A stretch of 64,000 bases of DNA from Callorhinchus milii. Taxonomy: Eukaryota. This document shows, piece after piece, positions 12,909 to 22,640 of the stretch (the stretch's first letter is position 1; the number at the start of each line of letters is the position of its first letter). A model generated the notes under the pieces. That model was not told where the DNA came from and did not search any database. It saw only the letters and a list, made by a program, of their open reading frames with translations. A program made the translations under genes and the position numbers. The DNA is taken from positions 93,684,001 to 93,748,000 of the forward strand of contig NW_024704742.1 of assembly GCF_018977255.1 (NCBI RefSeq), given 5' to 3'.

Positions 12909-14009
12909 CTAAAGAAGATAAAAAAAAACTGGTGTATAAAAGAAAAGGAATTTGTACTTTTTTCTTTGATGTGAAGTGAAAGGCTCATAATTAAGCGTCT
13001 ATTTAATAGTAAAGATGGCAATGGGCCAACCTGGAAACAGTAGAATAAGTCATGAATTCTCTAATTATTTCAAACATATATATGTTTTGAATTAAAAACA
13101 ACTCTCATAAGGAATACAACATAGTAAAACTTACATAGGTCTTATCTTTATAAATTGTATAATTCCGATAATTGCTCAATGGGAAGGAATGTGTGCCCGA
13201 GCTGCGGACAGAAGATGGTGGCACTGATCTCACACATTTCATGCCAAGCTGTGTTGCCCACAGGGAAGCTCACAGATAGTTCCTGGTACCTGCTATCCAC
13301 CTAGTGAGGGCTCAAACCTGCGCTTGTCGGATGTTGAATAACCAACTTGTGACTATCTTCTTCGGGATGGGTGGAAGGAAGAAGTAAGTGGGTCTCCAAA
13401 GTGTTCAAGAATATTTTCTGAGGTGTGTAAGGCAATACCAATATAACAGTCATACCAAAAAATATACTGGATCAGGCCAGGACTTCCACGTTGATGGATA
13501 ATTTGATAGCTAGTAACAGCTTCCATTACTTTAGAAAGCACAGATGTAAAAGTAATAGAGTGGTGGTTTGAAGGTAAGTTTACAGTTCAAATCTGTGTCC
13601 TTATGCTAAGGCATTAAATAAAAATGCTAGCCATTAAAATAAGGACTCAATCACACCTGCAGATAATACTCTAGAGCATTTTGTAGATTGAACATTCTGG
13701 AATAGCTTATAGATCTCCTGCTGTGAAAGGGACAAGGTGAAGTGGCTTAGAAATTCCTATCCTGTGAAACGGGACATATTGGAGTAGTTTAGAGAGCTTT
13801 AAGTCTTAGAGTGGGAATAGTGTAAGAGATTCCTACACGTTGAATCGACATGTTAAATGGGCTTAATGATTCCCACCCGATCTACAGCAGGGAAGAGTTC
13901 CATGGGATAAACATTAGCAGTGATATAGGTTATTGGAAGTCATCTTTTTCTTTTAGAAGATGACATAATAATACTTAAAAGTAGAAAAATCGAAGCTCCT
14001 TACTGGTCC

Positions 14010-14141
14010 ATTTTCAATAGAGGAAACAACATCTGATTCCTATCAAACGTCATGAAATGCTTTTACATTATTGGTGTCACAAATTAGTGTTCATAGATGT
14101 TGTAAATGAAGACAGATGAACGTAAAACCACACAATATATC
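14010..14141. repeat. Arm 1 of ~130-bp inverted repeat flanking coding exon 3
   Basis: Reverse complement of 15010-15139, ~83% identical by hand alignment. Confidence 0.92.
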
Positions 14142-14353
14142 CCCATTTCCCTGTACCTTGACCAATAGGGACAAGTGATATACCTAAAAGGAACTTTTTA
14201 AGGAATATTTCAATGTACCTGCTGTGGAGAGTTGATAAACAGGTTTCAGCAAATGGTTGCAAACATATTACTATTGATGGATTATTGAAGCAAAAATTAC
14301 ATTATTTCCAGGAAGATGAGACTTGTAACAAGATTTAGGCTATAAAGAATTAC

Positions 14354-14473
14354 CTTGTCATGAATGGCTCTTGATTCCTTCTTCATACTCTTCAGTACAA
14401 ACTCTGGCATGTTATTTTCAATATCCTCACGGGTCCCCCTTTTATGAAGTACAGCTGCCAGAAAGGAAATAAC
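14354..14473 (-). CDS. ERCC6L2: ERCC6L2 coding exon 3 (120 nt, phase 0-0)
   Basis: [43 protein letters not shown]| acceptor and AAG|GTAAT donor. Confidence 0.97.
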
Positions 14474-15009
14474 CTGTGAAAGAATGTTAGAAATTTGGAA
14501 AGATCCAATCAACTTTTTTTCATATCTAACAAGACTACAATATTTCCATTCAAAGCATTATTTATACACAGGAATCAGTTCAGGACAAAGAAAACAAACA
14601 CAACAAAACGATCATTTCAAATAACCCAGTGAAAGAGTAAGATCTACTTTTAAAGGAGCTGAATGAATATGGTCAGTATTGCATGTGGTAAAATTATTGA
14701 CTCAACTAATACACTGTATCACCAAACACAATAACAACTTGCATTTATATAGCATCCTTCATGCCGGATGGCATCTTGGAGCACTTAACAGTGGCGGAGC
14801 CAAATACATGACTAAATATCTCAATTTCAAGTCTTACTGAGTGGCGGGTCTGTTGTTCTGCCAGGGACAACCCTTCTCATTGTGGTCTTGCAGCTAAACA
14901 GATCCCAGTGTTGTAAAGTGATAGATCTAAGTGTTGTAGACTTCATACCGTAGTATTAATAATCCTTGCATTTTACATATCAACTTTCACATCAAGAGAA
15001 CATTTCAAA

Positions 15010-15139
15010 GATATATTTTGTGGTTCTCCACCCATCTGTCTTCATTTAAAATATCCATGAACACTAACTTGTGACACCAATAATGTAAAACACTTCATGC
15101 CATTTGATGTAAATCAGATGTAATTTCCTCTTTAAAAAT
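15010..15139. repeat. Arm 2 of ~130-bp inverted repeat flanking coding exon 3
   Basis: Contains TTGTGACACCAATAATGTAAAA, the exact reverse complement of TTTTACATTATTGGTGTCACAA in arm 1. Confidence 0.92.
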
Positions 15140-16565
15140 ACTGAGTTCTACTGAATTCGCTACATGGGGAGGAGCAATTGCACTTGCGCACTTCTCCCTA
15201 CTCAATTATTTTGTAACTGACAACAAAGGGGATAGCTGAGCCCAGCTAGCCTTCTGCAGCGATTCCAAACACAACAGCAGCCATTTGGAGCGGCAAATAC
15301 TGAACAGCGTTCTCAAAGGTCAAGCTCAGCATGCTCAATCGACACCTTTTTAAACAATATCCCTTATTGCGCAATTGCCCACACAGCCTCAAAAGGTACT
15401 GTTTCAGCTGTTCCATTCAGCACACAAAGTAGTAAGTTCTGTTGTCCAAATTCCAGAAATGCACCGAAGAGGAAATGACTTTGTGGGACAAAGCAGAGAT
15501 GCTGCAGATATTTTTCCTTTTTTTAAAAAAAAGCTCATCAGAAAGCATTTTGTTATATAGAATTTTTAAAAGAAATTTCTTGCGCAAGTGGTCTTTATTT
15601 AAAACCCCGTCAAAAAGAGAGAACGGAATGTTGGAACTGAGTCAATCCCCTGTGGCAATCTCAGTAGTCTGGTTCCTGAGCCAGGTGGATCCGAGGTACA
15701 CTAGGGCACAGCTGATAACAGCCTAGCTCATCGGCAGTACTTAGAAGGGCAAACCAGTCACTGGGGGTAGGAGTTCTTCCCACTCAGCTCCTGTTAAACC
15801 TGCAAGCCAAAGTGCCCTAATGGGTAAGGTGGACCCATGGTCAAGCTGGAGACTTGACAGGCAGTACTCTCAATGGCAAGGTATTTAGTAGATTAACCTC
15901 CAGTTGTACCTCAATCAAATCCTGTTTTAGTTATGAAAATCACAGTGGGAGAGAGAGAGAGCACAACTTTCTCACTGTTCCTAACATGAGAACCTACTTT
16001 GGAGGCCTAGAATGATGCTTTCTGTACCAGCCCCGCAAAATAATTCCCCAGCTTTAAACTCTGCAGTAAACTTTTGTTCCATAAGACTGAACTACACCAA
16101 GGACAATGTGATACCAGAATCTTAACAGAACTTAAGTGAAAGCATACCATGGGTTAGTATCTCTGGACTGGCTTTCATCCTCAGCATGGAAAGGCCTTTG
16201 CAACATTAAAGTGTACACATCTCTTCTTTTAAAGATGGGCAAAGCATTTCTTAATTTGTCTTCCACCAAACAAGTGCAATGTAGATTTAAACGCACAGAT
16301 ATAAGCTACATTCATAATTCTATGCACAGATCTAAGCAAAATTCTCATGCTGTTCACAAAATTGCATGTCAGTTTCAAGCTTAATGAAAATTCTATAAGA
16401 TACCTGAGCCCAATGGAAAACAAAATAATTTAGAATGTTAGGTAAGGGGTTCAGGACTCCCAAGGAACCACATCAATGAATGTAGCGATTCCCTGACTCC
16501 AGGAATCATACCAATTGCCTGGACTCTGGCAAACCTTCACAAGTTTCTTTAGTGATGCTCATTAC

Positions 16566-16987
16566 CTGTATGGTTTTTCCAAGTCCCATATCATCGCCAA
16601 GGATGCATCCTTTACCACTGATGTAATGCTTGTACAAAAACTTGATTCCATTTCTTTGGTAATCTCGTAAATATCTGTTAATAGTGTACGGTACACATAC
16701 ACCATCCTCAGATAACTTCAAAGAAACCGCAGGGCCTGGAGGCTTTTTGTCATGGAAAAAGGGCTTCTCCAGATCCTCATCATCAAATATAGAACCCTGG
16801 AAGGGTTCCTTCTTTTTTCTCCTTCTAAGCGTGTTAATTAGCACAGTTTCATCATTGAAGCTGGAGAATTTTACAATTGCTACAGTTTTTCCGTGTTCAT
16901 CTGTAGATATAGTCTTCACTGTAGCCTCGTACAGCTTCCCGTCTTTGGAAAATGGTGCAAGAACCTGATCACCTGGGTACCAGCGCT
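16566..16987 (-). CDS. ERCC6L2: ERCC6L2 coding exon 2: Tudor domain and SNF2 motif I
   Basis: Encodes RWYPGDQVLAPFSKDGKLYEA...IFDDEDLEKPFF...PYTINRYLRDYQ...GCILGDDMGLGKTIQ, closely matching ERCC6L2. TAG| acceptor and CAG|GTAAT donor. Confidence 0.97.
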
Positions 16988-17128
16988 CTAAAAATAGAAG
17001 GATCAGCAAAGAAATAAAATTAATACGAGACTTTAATGCCAGCCACAGTATGGAAAAATTACTGACAAGCCACAGTCAGGCTCAATCTGTAAACAAAATT
17101 GTTAATTTCCAAAAATTTCCATATGTAC

Positions 17129-17156
17129 CTGGCGTGTCATTAGTGTCTGATTCCAT
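17129..17156 (-). CDS. ERCC6L2: ERCC6L2 coding exon 1 (MESDTNDTP-E); exon probably starts at acceptor 17217
   Basis: ATG in strong context (GACATGG) with an in-frame TGA 60 nt upstream. Donor CCAG|GTACAT is phase 1, matching the phase-1 acceptor of the next exon. Candidate acceptor TTTTTCTAAAG| at 17218. Confidence 0.7.
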
Positions 17157-17949
17157 GTCCAAAGCACACACAGTAGACCCATTTGTACAATTCCTCAAAT
17201 CGTGCGTTTTGTTTCAGCTTTAGAAAAACAAAATCAAAAAAGACTGTATTTTGTTGGATTGAGTATTGTCCAAACATATGCAGACAGAAGATTATTATTC
17301 ATCAATAAATGTGCAAGAACAGCATTTGAATCATTAATCACACAATAACAGCTTGCATTTATATAATGCTTTTATCATAGAATAATGTCTCATAGCATTT
17401 CATAAGGATGGAATAAGATGCCATGGTTGTTTATGGGCCATTTGCTGCATGAAATAGGCTGCCGCATTTCGCAAAGTGCAGTCATTCCACTTTACAGTAT
17501 ACCCTGTGAAGTGCTTTGAGACGTCTCAACTACGCGATAAAGGTGCTACATCAAATGCAAGGATTATTATTATGCCGAGTGAGGAAGGAGGGGGATAAGG
17601 GAAGGGAGGTGACCGAGAATGCATTTAAAAAGGTAGTTTTAAATAATAGGAGAGAGATAAAGGAGAGGAGGGAATTGCAGATCTTAGGAGTGCAGAAGCT
17701 GAAGGCTTGGTCACCTATGGTGGCACGAAGAGAGTGAGGGAACAAGAGTTTCAGATGAGTTGGAGATTGTGGATGGTGGGGGGGTGGGGGGTGGGTCAGG
17801 ATTTCAAGGGGCTGAATGGTGTTTGGCATGAGATGGGGGGGGGGGGGGGTTGCAATGTGGCCAAGGTGTAGAAAATCAATCATGGTCAGGAACCCAATCT
17901 GAGTTGTAGATCAAATTGAACACCAAGGTGGTGCACTGGTGATCCGCCA

Positions 17950-18177
17950 TCCCCGTTGCCATGGCCCCCCTCCCCGTTGCCATGGCCCCCCTCCCCGTTG
18001 CCATGGCCCCCCTCCCCGTTGCCATGACCCCCCCTCCCCGTTGCATGGCCTCCCTCCCCGTTGCCTTTTTCCTACTCCCCCGGTTCCATGCAACTTCCCC
18101 GTTGCTATGGCCCCGCTCCCCTTATTGTGCCCCCTCTCCCGTCACTATTGCCCCCTCTCCGTTCCCATGGTCCCCTC
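17950..18177. repeat. 21-bp GC-rich minisatellite (TCCCCGTTGCCATGGCCCCCC)n
   Basis: Three perfect units at 17950, 17971 and 17992, followed by several degenerate units. Confidence 0.95.
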
Positions 18178-18500
18178 TATCACCACTCACGCGCTCTCCG
18201 CGCTCCTCAGACTCTGGTACCACCGGGTGTCCCCGTGCCCCGGAAGTGCTTGTGACGCGGGAGCCCCACAAACACGGCGGCTGCTGTTTTCGAGATGACG
18301 GAGACGGGAAGACTGCGCAGCCGCCGTGGAAGAGAGGTGGGAGAACTGCGCAGCCGCAGTGAGGGAGAGCCGGTGACCCGGACCAGTGAGACCTTCTGAG
18401 GCCGAGTTTGGGACCTGTTCCTGGGAGATAGACAGCTCCAGCATCCAGACCCCGCCCGGGACATCCTGCCCCCGAGACCTTCAGCATCAACAGTCGGAAA
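18170..18500. promoter_or_regulatory. CpG-rich promoter region of ERCC6L2
   Basis: The only CpG-dense non-repeat tract in the window. Contains ETS/GABP motif CCGGAAGTG (18240-18248), TGACG CRE half-sites (~18253, ~18296) and two copies of ACTGCGCAGCCGC (~18312, ~18345). Lies ~1 kb upstream of the start-codon exon. Confidence 0.75.
18191..18260 (-). other. ERCC6L2: Probable non-coding first exon of ERCC6L2 (5' end uncertain)
   Basis: Minus-strand donor GAGCGC|GTGAGT at 18190-18185 at the edge of the CpG tract. The TSS cannot be determined from sequence. Confidence 0.5.
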
Positions 18501-18890
18501 CACAAACTAGAAAATAAAACCACGGTTTTGTTCGCTTACTTACTGTGCCGCAAAGTTCTGTTTTGCCTAAAAAACATACAGTCCGTTCACTTTACAGTGG
18601 AGCCCATTGAGACGTCTTGAACGCATGATATTGCAAGGATTATTATTGCCGGTCTTAACAAATAATGTTTGTAATCCATTTTTTTAAAGTTTTAAAAGTG
18701 CGGCCTGGCCGGATCCACTGTATACCGTGAATATAACTTCAAGGGACTTGGACACAAACCAAATTGGCACTGCAGTCCAGGATCCAGTTTGCCTTGTTTA
18801 CGGTTAACAACCTGAGATCTTTTTCAGTTTCCCTCTTGGCAAGTTCTATCCCACCCACCAAGTACAGGTCTTTCCTATTTTTACTTACTA

Positions 18891-20040
18891 TAACAACAAC
18901 ATTACATATTGTATAGCGCCTTTCATGTCGGGAGGACGTCCCAAGGCGCTGGACAGTCAGTGTTTTGGACCCGAGCTGAGGGTCGGAATTGGGGAGGGTG
19001 GAGGGCGGGGGGGGGAAGCAGGGTGATCGAAAGGAGGGTCTTGAGATGGGTCTTGAAGGAGGCAAGGGAGAGGGAGTGGTGGAGGGACTGTGGGATGGAG
19101 TTCCAGAGGGTGGGGGCAGAGTGGCAATGGTGGGGCGTGCGAGGCAGGGAACGTGAAGCAGGCCGGAGTGGAGGGAGCGAGCAGGATGGTAGTGGGTTAG
19201 GAAGTCGCAGAGGAAGAGGGGGAGAAAGGCCATGGAGGGCTTTGAAGGTGAGGACCAGAATCTTGAACTGATCCTCTGTGTGATGGGAAGCCAGTGACGT
19301 CGGGTGAGGATGGGGGTGATAGAGTCACGGAGCCTGGTGAGGGAGAGGACGTGGGCTGCAGAGTGCAGGATGATCTGCAGCCTATGGAGGGAGGAACTGG
19401 GGAGGCCGACAAGCAAGGAGTTTGCATAGTCAAGTAATGAATGCATGTATGAGGGTTTTGGTGGCCTGTGGTGTGAGCCAGTGGTGGAGCCGGGCAATGT
19501 TGCAGAGGTGGGGGAAGGCAGAGCGGGTCATGGTACGGATGTGGGGTAGAAAGGATAGTTGAGGGTCAAACAAGATGCCAAGGTACCAGACTGGCTCAGT
19601 GAGGTGGAGTGTGCAACCATGGATGGTGATGCTGTCAGCGCCTGAGCTGAGGAGGCGCTGATAGGAGCCAATCAGGAGAGCCTCAGTCTTGTGGACGTTC
19701 AACTGAAGAAAGTTAGCTCTCATCCAGGACTTGATGTCTGACAGAGCGGTAGAGATGTGTGTTATTCGCATACATGTGGAAGTTGACCCATGTTTAAAGA
19801 TGATGTCACCAAGAGGGAGCATATAGATGCTGAAGAGGAGGGGACCAAAGACAGAGGCCTGAGGAACGCTGCATAAGACAGTGCGGGAGCTAGAGGAGAA
19901 ACTGTTTGGAGATGAAGTGGAGGCAGTGTGAGAGTTTCGATCTGAACCATTTAAGGACAGAACTGTGAAGGTTGAGGTGAGAGGAGAGGCGATGGATGAG
20001 GATAGAGTGGTCAACGGTGTCGAAAGCAGCAGAGAGATCA
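18891..20040 (-). mobile_element. Degenerate 5'-truncated L2 LINE next to an older CR1 scrap (18740-18890)
   Basis: [53 protein letters not shown]; (GTT)n tail at 18891. Confidence 0.92.
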
Positions 20041-20119
20041 ATTTCAATATTTCATTGATGGTCACCGTTGAGTCTTAGTTTCAAGAATGTGGACATCTGA
20101 TGCATCTTAAGAGGCCATA

Positions 20120-20435
20120 GTGGATTCCTGTAGCTCAGTGGTTAGAGCACTCGCCTTGCAAGCGAGACACCTGGGTTCCATTCCAGGCAGGGTGAAACCT
20201 TGGGCAAGCTTCCTTATTCCACACACCTAATAATAATCCCTCCAAAACAAAACAATAATAAATTGTTCATTTTCAATCCACGACTGTTTGTGGAACACTG
20301 CTGTGCGCAATTGGCTGCCACGTTTTGCCCACAAATATACAGTCAATTCACTTTACAGTCTATTCTGTGAAGCTCTTTGAGACATCTAGAAGATGTGAAA
20401 AGCACTATATCAAATGCAAGGATTATTATTATTAT
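20120..20435 (+). mobile_element. Full-length tRNA-Ala-derived SINE, short form
   Basis: A box TAGCTCAGTGG, anticodon-like TTGCA, B-box-like GGTTCCATTCC, (ATT)n tail. Confidence 0.9.
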
Positions 20436-20574
20436 CAAATAGGACGAAGAGGCAGAGTATATAAAGTACGTTTGTTTATTTCTACTTAACTTGATTTTCC
20501 AATTGGCAGCCAACATGCATACTATTTTAAACTTTCTGTAAGACTTCTTCTGATTCCACACTTCTCTTCCCCCA

Positions 20575-21205
20575 ACAACAACCTGCATTTATGTGGGGTA
20601 GCGTTTTGGAGCATTTAGCGGTGGCAGCGCCTGACGCCAAGTCAGGGGGAGGTGAGTGTAAGCCTCAAAGATGAGGGTTTTCAGGCATGATCTGAAAATA
20701 GAGAATAAGGGGACAAGGCAGAGGGATTAAGGGAGAGAATTTCAAAGTATTGGGGTGTAGTGGCTGAAAGCCACTTGGGGAGGACAGGTTTGCAGGGCTA
20801 TGGGAAGAGAGCAGGGGAGTGGGATTGAATTGAATAGCTCTTTTCAAGGAGCTGGCACAGACACGATGGGCTGAATTGCCTCCTTCTGTGCTGTATAATT
20901 CTATGATTCTATGAAAGCATGTATGCCAGTGGTGGAATGCAGCGATGAGGGACAAGCAGGAGGCTGGAGTCAGTTGCGCAGAGGCGGCAGGTGGTAGAGT
21001 GGGTAGTAAGCAGGTCGGAGAGATAGGGAGATCCCAGGGCACAAAGGGATTTGTAGACGAGAGTGAGTACCTTGAAGTCAATCAGTTCTGTGTTAGCCAG
21101 TGGAGACTCGTGTGATGAGGGTACGGAGTTTAGAGGGTCGATGGCAGAGTTTTGAATTCGTTGGATTTGTGGATAGTAGAGACTGGCGAGGAGGGCATTG
21201 GAATT
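20575..21205 (-). mobile_element. Old L2 3' fragment interrupted by a plus-strand CR1 3' end (~20775-20915)
   Basis: L2 tail at ~20575 and HWL/GIS remnants; CR1 3' UTR GGGCTGAATTGCCTCCTTCTGTGCTGTATAATTCTATGATTCTATG. Confidence 0.7.
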
Positions 21206-21209
21206 AATG

Positions 21210-22446
21210 TCTTCTGTAAATGTAACATCTTCGTACTCTGCAAATCCAGGTCATTAATGTATATAAATAATAGGAAGGGAACCATTCCAGACTTCTGAAG
21301 CATCCCAATTAATAACTCCACATTTTTACTTAGATTCCCTGCCAAGTACCCTCTGCTTCTTTTCCTTAAAACAGTTTTAGATTTTATGTCCATGGCCTTA
21401 CTCTTGATACCCAGTCACATCAGTTTGTGATGAAATCTTTCACATGGTGCTTTGTAAAACACTTTTACAAGTTTAGATATATTACATCATTTGGCTTCCC
21501 ACAGTCAATTTGGACTGTCACCTCCTCAAAAAAGTCGATGAGGTTGATCAGGCAAGATCTACCCTTTCTGAATCTGTGATGGGTGTCATTTATTAGATTA
21601 TTTTAACACAAGTAATCTTCCATTTTCTCTGATGATTGACTCAATCAGTTTTCCATTTATTGAGGCTAATGGGTTTATGAAGAAGTGACAAAATGCCAGG
21701 TATAGTTTTGCCACTTGAATTTAGAAATCAGAATTACTCGTTTTCAGTCTGTTGAAACCTCACCAATGATGATTGATTTTCTCATAATGTCTGTGAATGC
21801 TTCACAAATCTCCTGCTTTGTCTCTCTCAGTACTCTGAGGTATATTTCATTGATCCCGTGGGAGTTGTTGGTTTTCAGTTTTTTAAGCCTATCCAGAACA
21901 TCAGTCGCATTCATGACAAAATCCTGGAGCTCAAATAATGTTTGCTGGATATTGGGAAGTTGTTTATAACTCCCCCACCCCACCCCCTGGTTAAAAAAAA
22001 CTCCATAATGTAATTATCTAATATGTTTGGTATCTCCTGTTCATTCTCATTTTCAATTCCCTTTGAACCCCTTAACGTTTTCCCTGACTACCCGCTTGTT
22101 ATTATAATAATGAAAGACTTTTTTGGTGTAATGTTTTGTATTTGCTGCTATGTCCCTTTCTAGTTCTCTCTTGACTCTCCTAATCTCTTTTTTTACTTCT
22201 TTATTGTAATATCTTGTTTTCAGCCCAATGGTCACCCACTCCTTTCTCCTAACAAGCTGTATACATTTTCCTTTTTTCTTTGTAATCTCTTATTATTTTT
22301 CCCATTGATCCACTGTTGAAGCATTTTTGTTTAATTTGCCCCTTGTGTACTTGGATATGTACTTGTCTTGCATACACTGCATAATGTTTTATTTAAGTAT
22401 ATCCGTTTATCCTCAACTCATTTGCCCTTGAGTAGTGGCTCCCAGT
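21210..22446 (-). mobile_element. Degraded CR1 ORF2 fragment
   Basis: KKEIRRVKRELERDIAANTK..FHYYNNKR, LKKLKTNNSHG..IYLRVLRE and LFIYINDLD motifs, with many stops. Confidence 0.85.
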
Positions 22447-22461
22447 CTATGTAACAAATAG

Positions 22462-22640
22462 GAGAGGAATTAATTTAAGTAACTGGAGGACTCCTAGGAA
22501 AGGAACCCATTGTGGGAACTGAGAGACTAACATAAAAGAAACTATGTGTGAGCACTGAGAGACTAATAAGAAAAGAACTAATTGTGAGGAGTGAGGACCG
22601 AACGGGAAATGAACTAATTGTGGGGACTGAGGGACTATAA
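22462..22640. repeat. Degenerate 36-bp minisatellite, ~5 units
   Basis: Units resemble GGAAAGGAACTAATTGTGGGGACTGAGAGACTAACA; seen as 12-aa periodicity in ORF 22447-22713. Confidence 0.85.

Noticed and set aside
17911..18523. Overlapping Pro/Gly-rich ORFs
   Set aside because: They arise from the GC-rich minisatellite and CpG tract in all frames, with no recognisable protein.
22462..22640. CRISPR-like 36-bp periodicity
   Set aside because: Units are contiguous with no unique spacers, there are no cas genes, and the context is eukaryotic.
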